This document shows positions 40,867-51,715 of a stretch of DNA of 64,000 nt, in pieces. Numbering within the stretch: position 1 is the first letter of the stretch; the number at the start of each line of letters is the position of its first letter. Below the pieces are notes generated by a model. That model was not told the DNA's origin and did not search any database. It worked only from the letters and a program-made list of their open reading frames with translations. The position numbers and the translations under genes were made by a program. The stretch is from Phoronis australis (lineage: Eukaryota > Animalia > Phoronida), in NCBI GenBank assembly GCA_002633005.1, contig NMRA01000215.1, positions 258,690 through 322,689 on the forward strand. Direction: 5' to 3'.

Positions 40867-41145
40867 AGATTGACGCGAAAACAAGAGCAAAGAAGATTAT
40901 CTTCACTAACTGTTCATTGAACATCTGGGTACACACAATACACGATCAGCGGTATTTCTACTTAGGCATCTTGGCCGATTTGCTGATTGACACAATAAAC
41001 TAGCTTTGTTTATGCTTACCAAGGCGTTTCGCAACCACCTGACTCACTAATAACTAAACTAGTTATTTGTATAAGACGGACTGAGCGTTCTAAATCTGTC
41101 AACTGCGTTCCCGATCGTGTCTTGTCGAAACAGACGAGAAGGACA
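40867..41145 (+). other. Probable 5' UTR portion of the MMP21 ATG exon, entered by a splice acceptor; contains a 12-aa uORF (41012..41050)
   Basis: Strong acceptor TCTGTTTGTTTTTCAG| ending at 40866, with no convincing donor before the ATG. Confidence 0.55.
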
Positions 41146-41328
41146 ATGAATTCTAATGGAAGATTGTGCGCTTGCACAGTGATAATGAGAACTGTGATGT
41201 GCGCGCTGGTGTTAGCGCACGTGTGCCAAACGGAACCGTTCTTTTTGAGCCGGGACCACAGTGACATCAATCTACACGCACCGCGGGAGGAGAACACGGA
41301 AAAAGTGCAGAACGAAGCGGATTGTGAG
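41146..41328 (+). CDS. MMP21: MMP21 coding exon 1 (signal peptide and start of prodomain)
   Basis: ATG at 41146 (downstream in-frame Met14 and Met18 are alternative starts), hydrophobic VMCALVLAHVC, then EPFFLSRDHSD; donor GAG|GTGAGT at 41329. Confidence 0.88.
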
Positions 41329-44300
41329 GTGAGTCGCTTGTCTTTTATTTGTTGTAATGGGGGCTCCTGACGACGAAAAAAGGTAATACATGAATTCCAT
41401 TTTACTGCGCAATGTTTTTTATTTTTGCCGGGCAGTTATTTTAAAACAGTTTCTTAATTTAGACTGCGTCACCGATAACTTCTAAAAACTAATTGCTACA
41501 AAATCATCAGTCATTTTTACTCGTCTAAGATTTACTGCCATCAATTTAACACTTTTCATTTGTTATTGAAACAAACTAGTTTCTTCTATCTCTTGGAACG
41601 GTAACATAAACTCGTGAGGTTAGCCGAGCGCATGCAACGAGCCTTGGAATAGTAAATATTTGTTATATTTCAGATGTATTTATGCGATTACGGTTACTTG
41701 AACTGTTCATGCCAAGCGCGCACCATTCGCCACAAAAACGAGCGCCGCGGCGACCGAACGTCGGGCACACCAGTTGTGGGCTTTCCGATGGTGGTGAGCG
41801 AGTTGGACCAAGCGGCGGAGGACAGCATCATTAACCCTAACGTCCTTCCCAACTGCACCGCGTCCGAGATCACTGAAGGTTACATCAGGCTACAGAAACG
41901 TTTCCAGCTGCAGGAGACGGGTCGTTGTGACCCCGAAACAAAAATAAAGATGAACAAGCGTCGCTGCGGCAACAAGGACATGGATTTGATGCACGAGAAC
42001 GAACTAGATCACGCCGACCGGCCGGGAGTCACGCTCGCATCGATTCTGCGGCCGAAAAAGCAGAACTTGACCACTTCCACTGGCACTGGCGCTCACGAGC
42101 GCCGGAAACGAGAAGTTCTTGAAGAAATGAGACGCAAAGATGAATATATGCGGGTGAATGGTCTCCAGCGTCGCGTGGACCGTCCAGAAGACCACGTGAA
42201 TCGGTTGGAGAGGAGCGCGCGAAAAAAACGTTCTGCAACAAGTTTGCTTGCCAAGACCTGTATCAAATGGCGCCTATCATCTACCTACCAAAGTACGAAG
42301 ATTCCCGAGATTGACCAGAGATTCGCACTGAGCCTTGCCTTTCGTCTGTGGTCAGAAGTGACTCCGCTTCGATTTGAAGAGGACTTGACCAGTCATATGG
42401 ACGACGTCGACGTTTTCATCGCCTTTGTCTATGGTAAGTGAGAGCCGCTGGTCGCATTAGGTGCAGTAATTCGTGGTAGGAGGAGTTTCAATGTTCGTAT
42501 CTTCGGAAAGTTGGAACTCTTTAACAATGAATTTTAAAAGTGGAATGAAACCATTTGATTTACACCAAAATGGCTGTTGTGATTTTCCCATCGAATAATG
42601 TTAATGTTTTTAGATTCTACAGTACTTGTTTCTCTTATTGTGGACTGGTGTAAAATGTGTATTCAACTCAACATGGCCCTGCTCCAACTGATGGGAAACT
42701 GCAGTCATAGGCTTTGCAAAATTAGCATGTTAGGTTGCATTCATTTTGTGCTCACGACTATGTTTTAACTGAGATAATAGTAACAATTTAGTCATAGGAT
42801 GTAATGGCAAATATACATATAGATATAAACTGAAAGGGTAAATACAGTGTTTACACTGCTTCCCCAAGACCCACACTTACTTTTAAGGAGACTTGACACA
42901 AAAAGATGTGTTTAATTGAAGTGCGCTCTTGCCCCTCTACTATACACAAAGAAGTGTGACACTGTTTTAACCACAGTTACATGAGAAATATTGTCATCTG
43001 TAGATCAGAAAAAAGTTATCAGTGCACCTTCTTGTATTGCTTAAAAGGAAAAAAAAATTAAAAAGGAAAAAAATTGCCAAGGGTCCCGAAAATAATTTTT
43101 GTCATTTTCTGTTCCACTTTTGTGGGAACTCCAGAGAAGTGGCTATTAGTTTGTGTTCCAATACATTATGGTTTATACAGACATGTTTTAGTCCAAGTTT
43201 GAACTTGATAACCCATATTTGTGCAACAAACTCCAGTAAAAACTCGAGATTTTGAGTTCAGACTCCCAACTTTTCGCCTTAATACTGGGGTCATCAAATG
43301 CAAACTAAGACTATAGTTATCCATGTAAGCCATTGTGTATTTGAGCATAGAATAAAAGACACCTACCTCGAGTTCACAACAAATAGAATAGAGAGTGCCA
43401 AAAAATAAAGTGCCAGTTCAATTCCGAGTTAAAAAACCTTAGACCTTGGACTAAAGTCTCTTTATAAATAATTGGTTGTGCACATGTACAGTACAGAGAC
43501 CTGTTTTGTAAGTTGTGAAAAAGTTGTGACCATTCTTGAGTGAAATATTTTGGATGGTTATTATTTGAGTGATAAAGTTATCAAGAAGTGTCCTGATTTC
43601 CTTTTTGGGTCTTGTGATTGATTGTAGCTCCTTCATCTTATTTGGTAGAGTATTTCTGTATTAAACTTGGTTCGGACATTCGGGTACTGGATAGCCTCTT
43701 ATGATGAAGGATACTAAACCCTATTTTGTGATTACAACCAATTCTCGTTCTGTCACCTGCTAATGAATCACTGGTGTCCCACTTGAGTGATAAAGGCAAC
43801 ATTCTACTAAAAATACATACCCTTTTTGTCATAGATTGTATATTTTGGTTCTTGGCAGGCATCCTTTTACTACAGGTATTATCTAAAGCCTAGGTCATGC
43901 ATGCCTGTTTTTGTAAGTTTTCAAATTTTGGTCTAAACTTTCGAGGGTAGTTGAGGGTTACTGAACATTATTACGTTTCTTTGAATCGGATGGGAAAGAT
44001 CTTTTTAATAAATGTTAAAGACGCCAAAGCAGGTTTGGTATCCTTTTAAATGACCTCAGAAAGCCAATGGTTTCTTTTCTCTGCATCCAAAACTATCGCC
44101 AAAGTTGCATCATGCCATTTGATGATCTTTTTAATATCAACACTTCCAGGTCACATGACCATGAGCTCAGGCATCTCCAAAGTGATACAATAATTGAATC
44201 AATGTTTCCTTAGGTAAAGCAGCTTTGCCTCACCATTAAATCATTCCCCAAAGTGAACGAATCATTGCCAGCTCAGTGCTGTGTTTCACCATCTTGCTAA

Positions 44301-47100
44301 TTCACCTTTTTACGTTTGAAATGTTCTAGAATTCTTAGCTTTTGATGTCTTCATGGCGAACTTACCTTTGTACCTTTCCACAGATGACCATCTCAACTGC
44401 ATCATGTCGTTTGATGGTCCCAGAGGTGTTCTGGCACATGTCGTCCGTCAGGACTCGCCACAAAACAGCCTAGGAGATATCCACTTTGATGACGCTGAGC
44501 CGTTCGTTAAGAACCACAGTCCTTCAGGTGTCTCCTTGTTGCTTGTTGCTGCCCACGAAATTGGTCACGTCCTCGGGCTATTTCACCTGCCGCAGGTTGA
44601 TGCCATCATGTTCGGAGAATATGAGAATGCCAACACATATGAAATTGAGTTGAGTGACGTAGACAGACATGCCATTAAAGACAGGGCTGGTAAGTATCCA
44701 TATCCATTTCTCCTTATAGACACTGATGCGCAGAAAACGCAAATCTGGTTACTTTGGGTACCTCACTTCCAGTTTCATCTCTGAGGCTCCTACAACTTTG
44801 CAATCTCAAAGTCTATGTTGGATTATGTTGAGAATTATAAATGCAAAGACATGGACTTGATTCGTAACTTCAAGTGAAGCTTGGTTTTGGTAGACATTCT
44901 TTAAAGCAAGGCATTTTTCACGGACTAAGCAAGTAACATTGAATAAAGCAAATGACTTCTTCGCATCTAATTTCAAACTATGAACTTGGAAACTTTTGCA
45001 GTTTTGAACAAATAGTGTTTCCAATATGTAATGTGACATTACACGACTTCTTGGTTCTTCTTCACAGGTGTTTGTAAGGGATCATTTGATACAGTTTTTG
45101 ATTATGTTCGAATGGAAGGCCGCTTGGTGTACAACACGTACTTCATGCGAGGAGATCAGTACTGGTTGTACCAGAACGTGGACAAGAGACCGCGATACGG
45201 TGACCCGCTGAAAAGTTTTCCATACTGGGGTGTGACCAATGTCGACGCTTTTCTACAGGTGTTTATAACAAATACAGATCACTTCTCCACGCAGTGCTAC
45301 TTCTTTGTCGGTGAGTGAGATGCAGCTTTTAAAAGAAATGGAGGTCATGCAAGATTATCTGTTATTGGTTATTGTTGTATGGAAGTTGAATTAATTAGTC
45401 TGAAACTTGCTGTGTCATTCGTGTATTTGAACTTTGCAGAAATTATGAATTGTAATTACATTTAATGGAATATTTCTTCCAAAAGCTGCCAACCTAATGT
45501 GGTGATAAAGGAAATGTTCAATGAAACATGTCAAGATCAAACGTTTTCGTTCAAAAACATGGGATCAGCAACAGCCTATGAAAGAAATAATGGCGCGTTA
45601 AGTAAGTGACTAGCTCACCACCTTTCTGGCCAAGTATAATGTTGTTAACTATACATACAATGTACATTTTTGTTCAGGGGAGCAAGTGGCTTTCTACGAC
45701 GCTGTAGCGGACCAAGTGACAGAGACGAAACCAATTAATGAAAAGTGGCCAGGAATGTACACCAATATCGACTCGGCGTTTTTTGATAAACGGGATAACA
45801 ACATCTACATTTTTAAGGATGACAAGGTATGTAACAGCATAGTGTAACCTGGGGTCTCTTTTATGAAAAGTGACTTCAAACTTAAATTGAAATTTTGCCT
45901 TATGGTCCACATACCAGGATTTTCCGTAGATAAGCCCAGGCGTTTCAGTAATACCCAATAAACGTCTAGGCATTTATTCGGAAAAGAGGGGCGTGTAAAC
46001 AGAAAATCATAGCCTAGTCTGGTATGAAAATGTCGGCGATTTTTTTTAATTTTAAGGTAATAAATACATAGTTCGCCAACACTTTGTTCTTTTTTGTTAA
46101 TGATAAATGCTCCACCAAACTGAAATTGTGGCTAAAATTTGACACTGAGTGGACTTTTAGGAAAAATTTTCCAAATAAATGCCTCACTGTCAGGACACTT
46201 AACACCAGAAGTTATTACACCAAATAATTGTGCGAATAAACGCCCATGGGCATTTCATAGGGTGGGCTTACCTATGGAAAATCCCGGTAACTATTTCTCA
46301 AAAATTATTAAAACTCCGTTAATGTAAGTATAAGGTATCTTATAAGTTACTTCACAGCATTAATGTGGTAAAAATTATATGACTTCATCTTTAATCAGTA
46401 ATGGTGAAGGGGGAGTGTAAGTCTAAATTTCTGACAAGTTTTAAGTCACTTTTTCATGAAACACCCCAGGGTGTGTCTCTGAACGGAGATTCAGACTCAA
46501 ATTTTAACCAAAAACAAATTTTAACTTGAATCGTGCCATGCAACTGGTCAATTTTCGAGTCGGAGTTTTGAGTATGTATTCTAAAATTCCATGTGCCAGT
46601 TGCAATGCAAAATGTACAATGATGCCACAGGAGTCCTTTTATGAGGTGTCAGTTGCACAAATTACAGGAAGTGGACTGTGACCTTGAATTCTGGTATAGG
46701 GAAAGCTAATCATAGTAGGTGGGCCCTGACCAGAGTTGTGCCAGGAATAAAATGAAGCCCAGCTTGATGAAACAGTTTGCCATGCTGAGCATGCCATCAT
46801 CTTGCATTGCAGGTTCAGATATGGAGTGCCGCAACCAGTACACTGCTCCGGAACACAACGATCTGTGAGCAGTTTCCACCGATGCCAAGCGTGGATAACC
46901 TGGACTATTGCCAAGGCATCGACGCTGCCTATTTCTCCTTTGCTACAAAGAAACAGACATTCTTCAGAGGCGAGGAGTATTGGGTGAACATCAACTTCAA
47001 CATCCACACAAATGTCGTGAACAACCAGATGGGACCGTCTAACAAATGGTACCATTCATGGCAGTTCATCTGTGACGTCTACACAAGTTGTAGCACATAG
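41146..47100 (+). CDS. MMP21: Matrix metalloproteinase-21 orthologue, 6 coding exons: join(41146..41328,41674..42433,44384..44689,45068..45310,45678..45826,46813..47100), 1929 nt, 642 aa
   Basis: All five introns are GT-AG with compatible phases (0,1,1,1,0), giving one continuous ORF. MMP21-diagnostic motifs: FLSRDHSD after the signal peptide, DQRFALSLAFRLWSEVTPLRFEED, HLNC, GDIHFDDAEPF, HEIGHVLGLFH, CKGSFDTVFD, YWLYQNVDKRPRYGDP, C-terminal WQFICDV. These match vertebrate MMP21 as recalled; no search was run. Confidence 0.95.
41674..42433 (+). CDS. MMP21: MMP21 coding exon 2 (prodomain, cysteine switch RRCGNKD, furin sites RRKR and RKKR, start of catalytic domain)
   Basis: Acceptor TATTTCAG| at 41673; longest ORF in the window; donor TATG|GTAAGT at 42434. 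Confidence 0.96.
44384..44689 (+). CDS. MMP21: MMP21 coding exon 3 (catalytic domain, zinc motif HEIGHVLGLFH at 44554..44586, Met-turn)
   Basis: Acceptor CTTTCCACAG|; FDGPRGVLAH, GDIHFDD, HEIGHVLGLFH, AIMFGEY; donor GCTG|GTAAGT. Confidence 0.97.
45068..45310 (+). CDS. MMP21: MMP21 coding exon 4 (hemopexin domain, N-terminal blades)
   Basis: Acceptor TTCTTCACAG|; GVCKGSFDTVFDYVR...TYFMRGDQYWLY...RYGDP...VDAF...YFFVG; donor TCG|GTGAGT. Confidence 0.95.
45678..45826 (+). CDS. MMP21: MMP21 coding exon 5 (hemopexin repeat); not shown on + in the ORF track
   Basis: Acceptor TTTTTGTTCAG|; GEQVAFYDAVADQVTETKPINEKWPGMYTNIDSAFFDKRDNNIYIFKDDK is a hemopexin pattern; donor AAG|GTATGT. Confidence 0.93.
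45848..46470. mobile_element. MITE in MMP21 intron 5 (outer element)
   Basis: CCTGGGGTCTCTTTTATGAAAAGTGACTT is inverted relative to AAGTCACTTTTTCATGAAACACCCCAGG. Confidence 0.75.
45914..46287. mobile_element. Nested Tc1/mariner-type MITE with TA TSD
   Basis: TA|CCAGGATTTTCCGTAGATAAGCCCA ... TGGGCTTACCTATGGAAAATCCCGG|TA. Confidence 0.8.
46813..47100 (+). CDS. MMP21: MMP21 coding exon 6 (last hemopexin blade, stop TAG)
   Basis: Acceptor CATTGCAG|; IDAAYFS...FFRGEEYW...WQFICDV, which carries the domain-closing Cys. Confidence 0.93.
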   Translation, partial: VQIWSAATSTLLRNTTICEQFPPMPSVDNLDYCQGIDAAYFSFATKKQTFFRGEEYWVNINFNIHTNVVNNQMGPSNKWYHSWQFICDVYTSCST

Positions 47101-48910
47101 CGTAACCTAATGTTGGTGGGATGCACAGCAGTGTTTGGGCTTTCACACAAACCTTGTTGTTGATGAAAATGACAAAGCGTGAATCAATGAGTAAACGGAC
47201 AAGCAGTCTCGGATGGAGTGTACATTCCAGGCTTATCATTGGCCGGAAGGAACTAAAGCACGATTGGATGGAGCAGAAATGATGCTTCACGGCACACAAA
47301 CCATGACAATGACTAAGTGCAGTAAACAGTTTTTGAAATGAGATGACAAGACAAATTTTACAGCCAAAGACGTAATTGTTGCTTCCCGATGGTGATGACA
47401 GGTGGATATAATTTATTTTTGTACTATTTAAGAGTTATAGACCGGTGAGGAGCCTCAGTGATATTTGTCAACAGTGTTCGTCTGCGAGTAGATTATTGTT
47501 GAACAGTGCGTCCAGAAACTTAAGTTATTGCACAGAGAGTTGCACTGTGACAATCGGCTGTCCTGGGCGGTGGTGAGAGATGTTACGCGTAGCCAATGTA
47601 GTTTGCATGAATGATAGTCACAGTAATAGTCGTTACGCACGATGTGACCTTGATGAGAGTTTAGCTAGAGCATCACCGCAAATGGTGTATATTTATTTAT
47701 GGACGTTTGTTTATCTGTAGATTGTTTACTCTTGCAACTGATTATTTACTACGCAAGGTTATTGAAGTTTGTACATATCCTTCAGTCATACATTTCATAA
47801 CTAGTCACCTTAGGCACCATTAAGTAACTCGGGCTTGTACAAGATATCAAAAATTTGATTTAACTTTGACTTCGCATGTAGACAATGACCAAAATCCACG
47901 AAAATTTCGCAGTAGCTATTATTTGCAGCCGTGTAAATTAGTAAAACTGTGCTGTGGTGGGGTTATCTGTTGTTAACCAGATTGTATATTTTAATATTGT
48001 CGTGTTTCACTCACCTGTATCAGTATTTGTGTAACATGTGCAGTTTAACTGACCAGCCAAAGACGAAGATATATGGATTGTGTTCATAAACATATCAGTT
48101 ATGGTTTTTTAGAGGATTAGTTCCTTGTATTTAGGTAGGTGCAAAAGTTAAATTATTTTATGTCATTATTTATTAAAAAATCAAGAAAACAAAAACAAAA
48201 AATATTTAAGTCAACAACCAGTTAACTATGTCCAATAATTTGTACAATTTTATAAGTCCATTTTATCTGGTTGGCAACCATCAGTAGTTTTGTTTTTATT
48301 ATAATCTGCTATATTTCTTCAAGGCGACACTTGTGTGCTTGAGAATTTGTCCAATTAAAACTTGTAATCAATGATTCCCAAGCACCACGTCATAAGCCAG
48401 TGCTTAATCCATTTTGTCTGTAAGTCAGTTATTGGTTTACAGTCTGGATTATGGGCTCTGTTCAAATAAGGACAACCAACTTGTAATTATGTTTCCATGT
48501 TGCCTTGGAGAATTTGTTGAAAATTATTTTAAAGATGTGATAGCTGGATGAGTAACAAATCATCCAGACTTCATGTTATAGCACCGGATTCCAACTCTGC
48601 TAGCTTTTTCACAAGTGCTTTACTCGCTTACTTGGGTAAGACTGTATGAGCGGCTTGGTTGATAACTTTTTGACGGAGGTGTCACGCAACACGAGACTTG
48701 TGTGAGGTAAAACAACAAGCAAATGCTGCTCCTGTTCAAATCTTGATCTAAGTGCTGTCACGATTTGATCAAATTTATGGACAACCGTTTGCTGCATTTT
48801 TTTTACACAGTGGAGCTAAAATCGGATTCCTGCAAATACAGACTGAGGAACTCTACAGCTGTATCATTCAGGTGTGTTGGAGAAGGCTGAATACTTTATA
48901 AGGAAGTCAC

Positions 48911-49162
48911 ATGTCGGATTTAGCTCTACTGTTGTTGAGTGTGTCTTTATACTGCATTGTTTGCTTGACAAGAGGTAAGTGTGTCGCTGTACTGGACCAC
49001 ATTACTGCCACGCCAATTATTTATAAGAAATGTCTTGCAGACACAAATCTGCACCACTGTCGATTGTTTGTGCACGCGAAATCAGCAATAAATAACAGTA
49101 TACTTTAACAACTGGTTTTCTTTCTTACAGGTCTAGGCAACCCAGTGTGTCACACACTGTAG
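48911..49162 (+). CDS. Candidate spliced micro-ORF join(48911..48974,49131..49162), 31 aa MSDLALLLLSVSLYCIVCLTRGLGNPVCHTL, signal-peptide-like
   Basis: Perfect donor GAG|GTAAGT, strong acceptor TTTTCTTTCTTACAG|, phase-1 intron right after the hydrophobic segment; no homology recognised. Confidence 0.3.
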
Positions 49163-51715
49163 GTTGTGCAAATTCTACATCTAACTCTAAAACATTAAAC
49201 TCTAAAAACATTAACTGCCGACTTGATTTAATGACCGTATCAAAAGGGTAACTATAGTCTGCTCCAATAGATGGATAGCTATGAGCTGAGCTGTCTGCCT
49301 CAAATGAAAGATACTTTGTGTCATTGGACCCACACAGTGAATCAAAGTGTGCACAGACCTGAAAACTACATTAGTAGTAAATATGGTAAACATGATTGCA
49401 ATGAACCAATGCAAGAGATTTGATGTCTGGGGATGCAGTAATTTTCATTGGCCACTGGAAGTAACCGGCAAAGCACTTGGCTCCCGTCACCTGCAAGGAT
49501 TCAAGCTCGCCAGGTACAGTAAATCCCATATTAGACATTCATCTCCTCACAAGGCATGAATTGAGTTTATTTGCATTCGAGGTGAGTACCTCTCCATCTG
49601 TGATGGCCCTTTAGACAGCCTCAGCAACATGTCAATGAAGACATTTCAATTGTTGCTTAAACTAAACAATAAGGTATTAATTACTTATAAGACATTAATT
49701 GCAACATAAATTAGCATAATTGATGAAGTGGATGAAAGTTAAGTCTTTAATATCTATGCATTCATATGTTGTTCGCATAAACACCAAGTTCCACAAAAGC
49801 TTTTTCAGGTTATAATATATTGGTGAAAAATGACCTTGCCTAGTTAGGCTCAAATGAGACAGAAGTGCCAATAAGGATGAAAAAAATTCATTGAACCAAA
49901 ATGTTGGCTTAGGTATTATGAGTTGATAATTTTCCACTTTAAAGTTAACATTTTGGTTCATCTGTGCCATACAACATAAATTCAAAATAAAAATATGACA
50001 CGTTGAATCTGTCAGTCATTAAATATTATTGGCATTGTCACGGGCAACAATTTGTTGCCCGGAATGCTGGACGACTGTCAACAGCTTACGGCAAATCTTA
50101 GTAAGAAAGTATCTTATTGAGTCAATTACAGAAGAAAACATCACTATCGGGAATCAGACGGAAATCCGATTTAATCTTGTTGATTTGTGTTAGATTGGTA
50201 AATAGACAGGGAATGAAAAGTTAAAAGGGTAAAAACAAACACTTGAATTCCAATGACGTCCATTTCTAAAGAAGCAGCCACATGTCTGTTTGAATACAGA
50301 GTTACTAGATCTGATTCCAAATTAAAAAAAATTAAAGAAAAGTGCCACGCTTTTAAATAACACCTAACTGGAATGCATAAATAAACGAGCTACTGGGTAA
50401 ATAAGGAGTGCGAAGCATTTAAAGCGACTACAGGTTATTTACATTAGCCAAATATCCATCAAACATTCTGCAAGGAGATACCGTATATTTCTTTTGACAG
50501 GACTAAATGAGAAAAAGCTGCCAGCTATAGCAACAATAAACACAGAAATATAGAGAAGTTTTTAAAAAACTGGTTGAATTTCGAGAATATAGACACCTAG
50601 AACAGACACTTCTTAACGACCACAAAACTGCTAGGTAACAACTGAGGGCCCTCTTGGAAAGCAGTGCTATCACTGAAGAGGCCACCCTCATTTTAAATAT
50701 CACAACAATAAATAAATAAACAAAATCTCAAATTTTCAGAAAATCCACAAAACTTCTAATTTCCAAAATTCATGACTCCATCACAAGCAAAGACAAATCA
50801 GTCAGATGATGCGTTTAAATTAATTGCTAAAATTAAATATTCAGTGATAGTAGCAGTTGATAGTTAACTTGTTTTAAGAGGCCATTTCAAACTTTCAAGG
50901 ATGACAACGCAAGAGATTTGCTCGCTTTAGTCATGACACCTAGTGTGTGCACAAGGCAAACATTGAGGCCTATTGTCACCAGAAAAATGCGAGTGTAGGC
51001 AGTTGTGAAATTTCACTGAGTAATCCGACATTTTATGCAAACACGGTCAAGGCTAAAATGGTTGAACAACAGTTACTAAACGTGTCAGGTTTCACAACAT
51101 TACATTGAGTCACATGACAACTCTTATCCCACCCACTTAAAAATTAGGCCTATCAGGTATCGCGTAGACTAATGTATGCATAGTTTATGTAAATTGATAT
51201 CGAGGCGTGGTGATGTGCCAAACTCATTTTTTGATTCAAGTCAATAGTTACAAACAGTAACACAAACAATGGCATAGAGAAAGACATTCCTTTGAATGAA
51301 TTCCATTTGACAGAGTATGCTCAAGTGCAGATTGGCAAAGATGGAAAGGCAAATTTTCTGTTAGGAAAAAGGAGGTCAAAATCAACAAGTTTTAAATAAT
51401 CACGGTAAATAGAAAGCTAAATGAGAAAATATGCCACTAATATCATTAATTCACCAATCACGAAGTTTGACATTGTGCTTCTATTTTACAAAACATATTG
51501 ATATCATTACATAGTATTTGTGTAGCACATCCCTGCAGGATATTATTTAAGAAATACCTTAGTGTTGAAGACTCAAGGATTATCATTATCATTATCAGAT
51601 CAGCACTATCCTTTCTACAGAGCAAATAAAATCATATGTACATGGAATGTAACACAAAAACTTTAAAAAACCTATATTTTCATGTTTGTATTTTTATAAC
51701 TTAATATATAGTCAC

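Noticed and set aside
45674-47055. Minus-strand ORFs of 99 and 138 aa (and 42004..42241)
   Set aside because: Antisense shadows of MMP21 exons with no protein features.
48731-48783. Hairpin of about 50 nt downstream of MMP21
   Set aside because: Short, bulged and AU-rich; too weak to call a pre-miRNA.
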